DNA of 27,125 nt from Acidimicrobiia bacterium (GCA_046496605.1 JAWOGV010000209.1:1-27125), one strand, 5' to 3'. Counted from the first letter of the stretch, positions 16,658 through 24,762 are shown. Notes: generated by a model not told the origin, from the sequence alone. Numbers and translations: made by a program.

Positions 16658-17005
16658 ATGAAGACACCGCAGCTTGGGGACGTCGGTTCGTTCATCCGTG
16701 AACAGCGGGAACGCAGCGCACTGTCGATCCGCAAACTCGCTGATCTGACCGGGGTCTCGAACCCCTATCTGAGCCAGATCGAGCGTGGGGTCCGAACACC
16801 ATCGGCGGAGATCCTCAGATCCATCGGCGAGGCCCTGTCCATCCGGACGGAGACCCTCTACGAGCGGGCAGGACTCCTCGACAGGGACGAACCTCCGGGA
16901 GTGACCGAGGCAATCGAAGCAGACCCCGGGCTGACGGCGAACCAGAAGAGAGCCCTGATGGAGATCTATACGACCTTCATCGCACACGACAAGGAGGAGC
17001 AATGA
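16658..17005 (+). CDS. XRE-family HTH transcriptional regulator (Rv0474-like)
   Basis: GSFIREQRERSALSIRKLADLTGVSNPYLSQIERGVRTPSAEILRSI...LYERAGLL...AIEADPGLTANQKRALMEIY. ATG 16643 and 16646 are alternative starts but overlap the -10. Confidence 0.92.
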   Translation: MKTPQLGDVGSFIREQRERSALSIRKLADLTGVSNPYLSQIERGVRTPSAEILRSIGEALSIRTETLYERAGLLDRDEPPGVTEAIEADPGLTANQKRALMEIYTTFIAHDKEEQ

Positions 17006-17691
17006 ACCTCGAAACCTCGAAGGAAACGGCCACGAAGGCCGTGAAGACGGTCACAGGGACCGTCGCCGATACCACGACGACGGCAACGACCAAGGCGAAG
17101 GAATACACCGAGGTCGCAGCCGGTAAATTCTTCGACTACTCGACAGCGGCCACCGATTCGGTCAAGGAGGCAACCGACACCGCGACGTCTCGCGCCAGCG
17201 AGTACGGCACCGCTGCTGTCGCCACGATCGCCGATACCGCAACGGAGATCATCGACCAGGGAAGGGTCCTCGCACACAAGGGCTTCGTCCGCGTGAAGGA
17301 GTTCCAGGTCGGAGACAAGAAGGTCGGCGAACGCGCCCAGGCGACCGTCGACACCGTCACTGAGAAGATCGACGTTGACCAGATCCAGGATCAGGTCGCG
17401 AAGCTCCGTCACCAGATGGAGGGTGTCCTGAGCACATGGAAGGACACGTTCCGTCCCTCGACGGCGCCCGCAACGGCTCCCAAGCCCGCCGCAGTGAAGC
17501 CCGCTGCCAAGAAGCCGGCAGTCAAGAAGCCGGCAGCGAAGGCGACAACGGCCACCAAGCCTGCCGTCAAGAAGCCGGCCGCAAAGAAGGCGACACCCAA
17601 GGCGTCGACCACGGCACGGAAACCTGCCGCAAAGAAGGCGACACCAAAGGCGACGACCACAGAGGCGTCGACCACCAAGACGACCGCATAG
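17002..17691 (+). CDS. HbhA/phasin-like protein with 11-mer amphipathic repeats and a Lys-Ala-Pro-rich tail
   Basis: AAGGAGG SD and ATGA overlap with the XRE gene. Tandem 11-mers at aa 14-79, a coiled segment, and a tail with KKPAAK repeats. Same gene order as Rv0474-hbhA. Confidence 0.8.
   Translation: MNLETSKETATKAVKTVTGTVADTTTTATTKAKEYTEVAAGKFFDYSTAATDSVKEATDTATSRASEYGTAAVATIADTATEIIDQGRVLAHKGFVRVKEFQVGDKKVGERAQATVDTVTEKIDVDQIQDQVAKLRHQMEGVLSTWKDTFRPSTAPATAPKPAAVKPAAKKPAVKKPAAKATTATKPAVKKPAAKKATPKASTTARKPAAKKATPKATTTEASTTKTTA
17458..17688 (+). repeat. Coding low-complexity repeats (KPAAKK / KKPAVKK / KKATPKA)
   Basis: GTCAAGAAGCCGGC occurs twice. GCCGCAAAGAAGGCGACACC.AAGGCG.CGACCAC occurs twice, 48 nt apart. 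Confidence 0.85.
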
Positions 17692-17710
17692 TCGACTTGG
17701 GTCACAGACG

Positions 17711-17744
17711 GACGTGGGGCCCGCACCCGGTGCGGGCCTTCGTC
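17711..17744 (+). terminator. Intrinsic terminator-like hairpin after the HbhA-like gene (may also serve the convergent DUF4332 gene)
   Basis: GGCCCGCAC-ccg-GTGCGGGCC, extended by GACG/CGTC and followed by ATTT. Confidence 0.65.
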
Positions 17745-17756
17745 ATTTCGAAACGA

Positions 17757-18161
17757 TCAGGAGACCACCGTCGAGTCCAGGACGACGGCCGTGTCCACCC
17801 AGCCCTGCACCATCTCGATCGTGGGGAGGCGCTGCACGGTGCGCCGCTTCGTGTTCACCTGGGTCATCAGCGTCATGAGGTTCGCGGCGTTCCGACGTCG
17901 GAGCGCCTTGACGGTATCGACCCCGGCCGAACCCAGGAGGTCCGCGTACTCCGAACCGATCCCATTGATCCGCATGAGGTCGGCCTGATGCGCCCAGCGA
18001 AGCAGGTCAACGGTGGCGATGCCGGTTCTCTCCGAGAGGTCCGATCGCTGCGTGCGGGTGCCGGCCTGCTGGAGCAGCGCCTCCGTCGTTCGGACGCGAG
18101 CCTTGCGAAGCTTGGTTGCGTCCCGATGATCGATCGCACGAATGGCCGCAATCGACGCCAT
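17757..18161 (-). CDS. DUF4332 domain protein (helix-hairpin-helix)
   Basis: KLRKARVRTTEALL, LLRWAHQADLMRINGIGSEYADLLGSAGVDTVKALRRRNAANL, RLPTIEMVQGWV. 134 aa, with AAGGAG upstream. Confidence 0.9.
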   Translation of the reverse strand: MASIAAIRAIDHRDATKLRKARVRTTEALLQQAGTRTQRSDLSERTGIATVDLLRWAHQADLMRINGIGSEYADLLGSAGVDTVKALRRRNAANLMTLMTQVNTKRRTVQRLPTIEMVQGWVDTAVVLDSTVVS

Positions 18162-18235
18162 CGGCTCCACTCCTTCTGACCAGCGCTCAGTGAACGCCGA
18201 GACTACTCATGTGCATCGGACCGTTGCATATCGAG

Positions 18236-18820
18236 TCACCTGCGTGGGGACGGAAGGTCCTCGACACGTTCGATGATTCGAGGTGCGAGGTGATCCACGT
18301 GGACTTCCTCGACCGATCGGGCATGCGTCGCGACGACGTCATGGACGTCGATCGCCCCCTCCTGACCGAGGAACACATCCCACACGGATCGTGCGAGCAC
18401 AACGGGCCAGCCGCGGGTGTATCGGTACTTCGGCACTGTGGCGTCAGCCTCGGTCGCCCTCGCCCGGTCGATGAGCGCGCCGACGATCCCCGCATCCACC
18501 CCCGGTTGATCACCACGCGCGAGGATGCAGTGCGTCACCGAGCGATCCCGAGAGGCCATATCCAGTACGGCCCGAATCGGCGAGGCCGAACCCTCCGCCC
18601 ACGAGGGGTCCACCACGACCGAGACGTCGGACAGGCTCGACTCGCGTTCGACGTCCTCGTCGTCGGCTCCGAGCACCACGACGACCTCGTCGACCGGCCA
18701 GGACATCGCGTCGGCGACCACCAGGTCGACCAGCTTCGTGCCACGCACGTCGGCGAGATACTTCGACGATGGGAATCCCTCACTGCGATCGGCAGCGAGG
18801 ATGGCGGCGACGATGGACAT
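18236..18820 (-). CDS. MocA/MobA-like NTP transferase family protein with a degenerate signature
   Basis: AAILAADRSEGFPSSK (compare LAAGxSxRxGxxK), EVVVVLGA, SASPIRA, ARGDQPGV, RGWPVVL. TAGCCT -10 lies 8 nt before the ATG. Confidence 0.8.
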   Translation of the reverse strand: MSIVAAILAADRSEGFPSSKYLADVRGTKLVDLVVADAMSWPVDEVVVVLGADDEDVERESSLSDVSVVVDPSWAEGSASPIRAVLDMASRDRSVTHCILARGDQPGVDAGIVGALIDRARATEADATVPKYRYTRGWPVVLARSVWDVFLGQEGAIDVHDVVATHARSVEEVHVDHLAPRIIERVEDLPSPRR

Positions 18821-18835
18821 GGCGCGGGAGGCTAC

Positions 18836-19297
18836 TCACCGCAGGTTGCGGATCGCCCTGACGAGCATGCCTTGCACGTGGGACAGCCACGCAACAGCTG
18901 CCAGGGCGGGGTCCGTCGCAATGCGGTCCTCCCAGGAGGCGCCTTCTTCGAACGCACCGGCGCGTGCAGCGAGGACGAGCCTCGCCTCGTTGAGGACGCG
19001 CACCAACGAGAGGGCCTCGTGGCGTGTCAACTCCGGGGCTCCGGCCGCGACCTCCACGAGGACACGACCATCGACACGGCGGGCGATCCCCCGTTCACCG
19101 GATACCAGTCGTTCGAATGCCTGGGATGCGTCAGCATCGTCGGTGTACGCATCGCGATGCAGGACGTCGAATGCCGGGTCGGATCCATCGTCCCCGACGG
19201 ATGCGAGGAGTTCGGGAATGCTGGCGAGCACGCCACGGTCCGTGACCGAGAGCTCCACGACGATACGGCCCGAGCGCACGGAGAACACGCCCCTCAC
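18836..19297 (-). CDS. DUF2017 family protein
   Basis: [25 protein letters not shown] and [15 protein letters not shown]. Lies directly after clpS, as is usual in Actinobacteria. GTGA overlap at 19294-19297; 19315 is an alternative start. Confidence 0.75.
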   Translation of the reverse strand: MRGVFSVRSGRIVVELSVTDRGVLASIPELLASVGDDGSDPAFDVLHRDAYTDDADASQAFERLVSGERGIARRVDGRVLVEVAAGAPELTRHEALSLVRVLNEARLVLAARAGAFEEGASWEDRIATDPALAAVAWLSHVQGMLVRAIRNLR

Positions 19298-19578
19298 TGC
19301 TCCATCGTTGCCCACAGCCCGTAGGCATGGAGTCGCTGGACATTGAGCTCGGCTTCGTCCCTCGTCCCGTTGAACACAACGGCCCTGCCCTCGTTGTGGA
19401 CCTGGAGCATGAGACGTCTGGCCTTGCGCGCGGAGAAGCCGAACAGCTCCTGGAAGACGAAGACGACGTAATCCATGAGGTTCACGGGGTCATCCCAGAC
19501 GATCACGACCCACGGGGACGCGTGGTCGACGGTCGTGTCGGACTCCGGCAGGAGGACAGGAGCCTCGATGGTCGTCAA
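19294..19578 (-). CDS. clpS: ATP-dependent Clp protease adaptor ClpS
   Basis: [25 protein letters not shown]...[35 protein letters not shown] start overlapping the upstream TGA (TTGA). Confidence 0.96.
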   Translation of the reverse strand: MTTIEAPVLLPESDTTVDHASPWVVIVWDDPVNLMDYVVFVFQELFGFSARKARRLMLQVHNEGRAVVFNGTRDEAELNVQRLHAYGLWATMEQ

Positions 19579-19805
19579 TGGCGATCAGATGCGTCCTCGC
19601 GATCGATGCCGCGAGTCCTTCGTTGTTCGTTGATCCACACCTCGAAGTCATCCCTCGAGACTCGCCACTCCCTCCCGAACTTCACGGCGGGAAGCTCGCC
19701 GGAGCGGAGAACGGAGGTGACGACGAACGTCGAGACATCCATGTATTCGCAGATGTCCGCAACGCTCAGCCACGGCTTGTCGATGTCGACCCGTACGTCA
19801 TCCAT
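19575..19805 (-). CDS. Excisionase-type helix-turn-helix DNA-binding protein
   Basis: [14 protein letters not shown]...[22 protein letters not shown]. Leaderless start, with TACGCT (19813-19818) 7 nt before ATG. Confidence 0.88.
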   Translation of the reverse strand: MDDVRVDIDKPWLSVADICEYMDVSTFVVTSVLRSGELPAVKFGREWRVSRDDFEVWINEQRRTRGIDREDASDRH

Positions 19806-19985
19806 GCCTTCCAGCGTAGGCTTCGGCCGCGGACGTTTCCACGGGTTCGCGAAACCCCTTGCGAACCGGACCTGCCGATCGTATCGTCAGTTGGCTGGGA
19901 CAACGACCTCGAGGTCGAACGCATCTGGGTCGTATGCTTGTGACGAAGGTGCCATGGCGGGCGGATGATCGGGAAGGTTGAAGAC

Positions 19986-21098
19986 ATGATCAGCGCATCA
20001 GCCGCCGACGCGCACCGATTCGGACGCGTCAAACGGAATGGTTACGACCCTGCCGAGGTCGATGCCGTGGTGTCGCGCCTCGTCGCGACGCTCCGGACAT
20101 ACGAGGACCGCACCGCCATGCTCGAGGAGCGTCTCGCCGAGGCCGACGCATCCGCCGATGCCATCAGGCGGACATTCATCGCAGCCGAGAAGACCCGGGA
20201 CGAGATCCTCGACGGTGCCCGCGAGCACGCATCATCGATCACGGACACCGCACGCCGCGAGGCCGAGGACGTGCTCAGCGTCGCACGGAGTGAGGCCGCC
20301 GAGATGACCGAACGTGCCCAGCAGGAGACCGCAGCCCTCGGTGAGCTCGCTGGTCGCCTCGACCTGGAGATCGCCGCGACCCGCACTCGCCTCCTCGAAT
20401 CGGCCGAGGCAACCGCAGACGGGATCATGTCAGACGCCGAGGCCGCTGCGGCCGAGCGCACCGCCACTTCCACGGCATTCGCACAAGCGGAGCTGGAAGC
20501 GGCCACGGCCGAAGGCACGGAGCTTCGCCGCCGCTCCGAGCTCGCAGCCCGAGTGGCGGCGACGGCGGCAGCATGGACGCTTCGCGAGGCGCTGCTCGAG
20601 AGCGCCCAACTCCTGGCTCGCGCCGAGGAACGGGCCATCCTGGTGGTCGCCGACTCCGAACGGGAGAGTGCCGCCCTCATCGACCGAGCCGAGCGGCTCC
20701 GATCCGCGATCGCGACACTCGAGGCGTCGGCTGCGAGCCTCGCTGCCATGACGGCAACGAACGCGTCGGTCATCGACCTCAGCGAGATCGAGGCACTCGA
20801 GACCGCAGACCTCGACATGGCGGCCTTCGACGCTCCGCCTGTGAACGCGGTCCCCTTCGACTCGAAGAGACATGACCGCGAGGCAGAGGGGGAGGAGGAC
20901 GATCCCGTCGCGGGGGTGTTCGGCGAGGGCCCACGTCTCCTCACCGTTGCCGAGGCGACCGCCGAGCTCGACCTCACGCAGGACGATCATGCGACCGAGC
21001 CCCCTGGCGACGAGCGACCGGCTCAGGCGACGTACTACCAACGAACAACAGGTGTCCCGCTGTCCGAGCGAGTGAAGCTCGCGAGGAAGTCCAGCTGA
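19986..21098 (+). CDS. DivIVA-domain coiled-coil protein
   Basis: HRFGRVKRNGYDPAEVDAVV (DivIVA N-terminal motif), long Ala/Glu/Arg coiled-coil and acidic C-terminal linker. ATG 19965 is an alternative start. Confidence 0.82.
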   Translation: MISASAADAHRFGRVKRNGYDPAEVDAVVSRLVATLRTYEDRTAMLEERLAEADASADAIRRTFIAAEKTRDEILDGAREHASSITDTARREAEDVLSVARSEAAEMTERAQQETAALGELAGRLDLEIAATRTRLLESAEATADGIMSDAEAAAAERTATSTAFAQAELEAATAEGTELRRRSELAARVAATAAAWTLREALLESAQLLARAEERAILVVADSERESAALIDRAERLRSAIATLEASAASLAAMTATNASVIDLSEIEALETADLDMAAFDAPPVNAVPFDSKRHDREAEGEEDDPVAGVFGEGPRLLTVAEATAELDLTQDDHATEPPGDERPAQATYYQRTTGVPLSERVKLARKSS

Positions 21099-21120
21099 CG
21101 CGACTGCGAAGCGGGCGGAG

Positions 21121-21158
21121 ATGACGCACCGGTGGGGTGACCCACCGGTGTTCGTCAT
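21121..21158 (+). terminator. Intrinsic terminator-like hairpin after the DivIVA-domain gene
   Basis: CACCGGTGGG-GTGA-CCCACCGGTG, extended by ATGACG/CGTCAT. Confidence 0.7.
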
Positions 21159-21260
21159 TGTGTGCCCACCACCGACCCGCCGTCCTCGCCGGTGTTCGGG
21201 GCCATCTCGGGCCTCATCGGTGATGTCACGACCGCCCCAGCGCTCCGTGACAAACCGGGA

Positions 21261-21288
21261 ATTGATACGACCCGACTCAAGTTATACT
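21261..21288 (+). promoter_or_regulatory. HAIR (HspR operator) overlapping the dnaK promoter (-10 TATACT)
   Basis: ATTGATA-N7-ACTCAAG at 21261-21281 against the consensus CTTGAGT-N7-ACTCAAG. TATACT at 21283-21288. hspR is in the same operon. Confidence 0.8.
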
Positions 21289-21347
21289 GCTGAATCTGAC
21301 TAATACCGCCTGCGCTCACTGCAGGGGTGGCAACAAGGAGTATGACC

Positions 21348-23186
21348 ATGGCTCGAGCGGTCGGCATCGACCTCGGAACGACGAATTCGGTGATTTCAGT
21401 CCTCGAGGGCGGGGAGCCGAAGGTGATCGCGAATGCGGAGGGGCATCGTACGACGCCGTCCGTGGTCGCATTTGCCAAGAACGGTGAGGTCCTCGTCGGT
21501 GATCAGGCGAAGCGGCAGGCCATCACGAACCCCGATCGGACGATCCGTTCGGTGAAGCGCCACATGGGCACCGACTGGACCACGGTCATCGACGGCAAGA
21601 CCTACACGGCCCAGGAGATCTCCGCCCGCATCCTGCAGAAGCTGAAGAAGGACGCAGAGGACTTCCTCGGTGAACCGATCACGAAGGCTGTCATCACGGT
21701 GCCGGCGTACTTCGGCGATGCCCAACGGCAGGCGACCAAGGAGGCCGGGCAGATCGCAGGTCTCGAGGTCGAGCGGATCGTCAACGAGCCCACGGCCGCA
21801 TCACTCGCGTACGGGCTTGACAAGAACAACGACGAGTTGATCCTCGTCTACGACCTCGGTGGTGGCACGTTCGACGTGTCCGTGCTCGAGATCGGCGAGG
21901 GTGTGTTCGAGGTGAAGTCCACGTCCGGTGACACGAACCTCGGGGGCGATGACTGGGACCAGAAGGTGATCGACTGGCTTGTCAGCGAGTTCAAGGCCGA
22001 GAACGGCATCGACCTGGCGAAGGATGCGATGGCCCTCACACGCCTCAAGGAGGCTGCCGAGAAGGCAAAGATCGAGCTGTCCTCCGTTCAATCGACCGAG
22101 ATCAACCTCCCGTTCATCACGGCAAACGCCGACGGTCCCATCCATCTGCTCAAGACGCTCTCACGTGCGGAATTCGAGCGCATGACGGTCGACCTCGTCG
22201 AACGTACACGCGCACCGTTCGAGCGTGCGATCAAGGACGCAGGCGTGGCCGTCTCGGCGATCGACCACGTGATCCTCGTCGGAGGATCCACCAGGATCCC
22301 GTCCGTGCAGCGCCTCGTCGAGGAGCTCGCGGGCAAGGAGCCGAACCGAACCGTCAATCCGGACGAGGTCGTCGCCCTCGGTGCCGCCATCCAGGCGGGT
22401 GTACTCACCGGGGATGTCTCGGGCATCCTCCTCCTCGACGTCACCCCGCTGACGCTCGGTGTCGAGACCGAGGGTGGTGTGTTCACGAAGATGATCGAAC
22501 GCAACACGACGATCCCGACCCGCCGATCCGAGATCTTCACGACAGCTGCCGACAACCAGCCCGAGGTCGAGGTCCACGTGATGCAGGGTGAACGCGCGAT
22601 GGCGGCGGACAACATGAGCCTCGGACGCTTCAAGCTCCAGGGCCTTCCACCGGCGCGTCGGGGCGTTCCCCAGATCGAGGTGACGTTCGACATCGATGCG
22701 AACGGCATCGTGTCGGTCTCGGCCAAGGACCTCGGCACGGGCAAATCACAGCAGGTCACCATCACCGGCGGTACCGCACTCGACTCGAGCCAGATCGACC
22801 AGATGATCAAGGATGCCGAGGCCCACGCCGCCCAGGATGCAGAGCGAAAGGCGGCGGCCGAGGCCAGGAACGCCGCCGACCACGCGGTGCACACCGTCGG
22901 ATCCCAGCTCGCCGAGCACGGGGACAAGCTCGAGGAGAGCGAGAAGGAACCGATCCAGTCGAAGCTCGACGAACTCAAGGCCCTTCTCGAGGACATGAGC
23001 ACGTCGACCGAGTCGCTCACGGCTGCCACCACAGCGCTGCTCCAGAGCTCCCAGGTGATCGGACAGAAGATGTATGAAGCCGCACAGGCCGAGGCCGCCG
23101 CAGCCGAGGGTGGAGACGGAGGTGAGGCGTCGTCCGGCGACGACGTCGTCGAGGCCGAGGTCGTCGACGAGGACGACGCGTCCTGA
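21348..23186 (+). CDS. dnaK: Chaperone DnaK (Hsp70)
   Basis: [58 protein letters not shown], and C-terminal EAEVVDED. Start 7 nt after AAGGAG. Short monoderm-type ATPase domain. Confidence 0.99.
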   Translation: MARAVGIDLGTTNSVISVLEGGEPKVIANAEGHRTTPSVVAFAKNGEVLVGDQAKRQAITNPDRTIRSVKRHMGTDWTTVIDGKTYTAQEISARILQKLKKDAEDFLGEPITKAVITVPAYFGDAQRQATKEAGQIAGLEVERIVNEPTAASLAYGLDKNNDELILVYDLGGGTFDVSVLEIGEGVFEVKSTSGDTNLGGDDWDQKVIDWLVSEFKAENGIDLAKDAMALTRLKEAAEKAKIELSSVQSTEINLPFITANADGPIHLLKTLSRAEFERMTVDLVERTRAPFERAIKDAGVAVSAIDHVILVGGSTRIPSVQRLVEELAGKEPNRTVNPDEVVALGAAIQAGVLTGDVSGILLLDVTPLTLGVETEGGVFTKMIERNTTIPTRRSEIFTTAADNQPEVEVHVMQGERAMAADNMSLGRFKLQGLPPARRGVPQIEVTFDIDANGIVSVSAKDLGTGKSQQVTITGGTALDSSQIDQMIKDAEAHAAQDAERKAAAEARNAADHAVHTVGSQLAEHGDKLEESEKEPIQSKLDELKALLEDMSTSTESLTAATTALLQSSQVIGQKMYEAAQAEAAAAEGGDGGEASSGDDVVEAEVVDEDDAS

Positions 23187-23221
23187 GTCCGGTGACGGGC
23201 CACGATGGAGATCGAGCACGC

Positions 23222-23854
23222 ATGAAAAGCACACACGGCACCGGTTCTGGCTCCTCCCCCGTTGGGGGCGAGGAGGCGGCGACCGAGGAGCACGACATCG
23301 ACCCTTCGGGCACCGCGCTGTCCACCGACGAGATGCAACCGAGCGACCTTGCGGAGCACATGGGGCTGAGCCTTCCCGAGGATCCTCACGAGGCGAACGA
23401 CATCCTGCTCCTCGAGCTCGCCGAGGCGCGTCAGGAGGCAGGTGAACTCCTCGTCAACCTCCAACGTGTCGCCGCCGAGTTCGACAACTATCGGAAGCGA
23501 ACCGAGAGGGATCAGACCGAGAACGTCAAGCGGGCCAGCCAACGCGTCATCGAGTCGATGCTCCCGACCCTCGACAGCCTCGAAGCCGCACTGTCGATCG
23601 AAGCGACCACCGAGGCCGAAGCCAGGATGCTGGAAGGGATGCGGGGCACCGAGGCACTCCTGCTCGAGGCACTTCGGGCTGAGGGATGTGAGCGCATCGA
23701 AGCCCTGGGTGAGGCCTTCGATCCCGCGCTGCACGAAGCGGTGCAGGTGAGCGCGGGGGAAGGCGACCAGATCGTCGAGCGGGAACTCAGAAAGGGATAC
23801 GTGATGCGAGGCAGGGTCATCCGCCCGAGTCTCGTGATCGTTGGACATGCGTAA
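23222..23854 (+). CDS. grpE: Nucleotide exchange factor GrpE
   Basis: LQRVAAEFDNYRKR, MLPTLDSLEAA, GEAFDPALHEAV, KGYVMRGRVIRPSLVIV. The start is uncertain (23192 GTG or 23222 ATG). Confidence 0.96.
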   Translation: MKSTHGTGSGSSPVGGEEAATEEHDIDPSGTALSTDEMQPSDLAEHMGLSLPEDPHEANDILLLELAEARQEAGELLVNLQRVAAEFDNYRKRTERDQTENVKRASQRVIESMLPTLDSLEAALSIEATTEAEARMLEGMRGTEALLLEALRAEGCERIEALGEAFDPALHEAVQVSAGEGDQIVERELRKGYVMRGRVIRPSLVIVGHA

Positions 23855-24761
23855 GGAATGGCTCGAGAAGGACTACTACGCCGCACTCGGCGTGAAGAAG
23901 GACGCCTCCGCGACGGAGATCAAGAAGGCGTACCGCAAGCTCGCTCGCCAGTTCCACCCCGACAACAACCCTGGTGACGCGGCCGCCGAGACGAGGTTCA
24001 AGGAGATCAACGAGGCATACGACACCATCGGGAATGCCGAGACCAGGACCGAGTACGACCATGCGCGTGAGATGGGGTATTTCGTCGGTGGTCCCCAGGG
24101 TGGCCAGCAGTACGTTCGGGTCGAGGATCTCTTCGGAGGAGGCGTTCGAACCGGCCCGTCCGATGACGTCTTCAGCGGCTTCCAGGACCTCTTCGGTGGC
24201 GGCCGTCAGCGCGCACCTCGCCCGACCAAGGGACAGGACGTGGCAGGAAGCATCTCCCTGTCATTCCACGAGGCCCTCTCCGGCACGACGCGTGAGTTCC
24301 AGGTCGGCGGTACATCGGTGAAGGTCAAGATTCCCAAGGGTGTGGCAGACGGCACGAAGGTCCGCGTCGCGGGGAAGGGTGGTCCCGGCAGCGGCGGGGG
24401 CCCCGCCGGGGACCTGTACGTGACGGTCCATGTCGGGACCCATCCCCTGTTCGCCCGCCAGGGCAAGAAGGACCTCGGATTGACGGTTCCGATCACCTAC
24501 ACCGAGGCCGCACTCGGAGCGGTCGTGACCGTTCCGACGCTCGAGGGCTCGACGAAGATCCGGGTTCCCGCCGGTACACAGAGCGGGGCGAAGCTGAAGG
24601 TGAGCGGCAAGGGAGTCGAGACGCAGTCGGGCACGGGGGACCTTGTGGTAACGCTCCAGGTCGCCGTCCCAACCCGGACGTCGGACGACGAGCGGGCGGC
24701 ACTGGAGGCGCTCCGGGCAGCGGAGAAGGACTGGAATCCCCGATCGGTATTGGGAGTGTGA
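23847..24761 (+). CDS. dnaJ: DnaJ-family co-chaperone lacking the zinc-finger domain
   Basis: J domain with HPD (QFHPDNNPGD), G/F-rich region, and C-terminal domains (GDLYVTVHV, ITYTEAALGA.VTVPTLEG). There is no Cys anywhere in the protein. Confidence 0.95.
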   Translation: MRKEWLEKDYYAALGVKKDASATEIKKAYRKLARQFHPDNNPGDAAAETRFKEINEAYDTIGNAETRTEYDHAREMGYFVGGPQGGQQYVRVEDLFGGGVRTGPSDDVFSGFQDLFGGGRQRAPRPTKGQDVAGSISLSFHEALSGTTREFQVGGTSVKVKIPKGVADGTKVRVAGKGGPGSGGGPAGDLYVTVHVGTHPLFARQGKKDLGLTVPITYTEAALGAVVTVPTLEGSTKIRVPAGTQSGAKLKVSGKGVETQSGTGDLVVTLQVAVPTRTSDDERAALEALRAAEKDWNPRSVLGV

Positions 24762-24762
24762 C

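Noticed and set aside
17458-17688. Short direct repeats as a CRISPR array or VNTR
   Set aside because: The repeats are in-frame, degenerate at third positions and encode the Lys-Ala-Pro tail. There are no unique spacers or cas genes.
14444-17691. Calling the module a PHA (polyhydroxyalkanoate) locus
   Set aside because: No PhaC synthase, PhaA/PhaB or PhaZ is recognisable in the window. The acyltransferase is PlsC-fold, so the product type stays open.
19575-19805. Excisionase-like gene as evidence of a prophage or ICE
   Set aside because: No integrase, att-like direct repeats, tRNA or compositional shift. The gene is coupled to housekeeping clpS.
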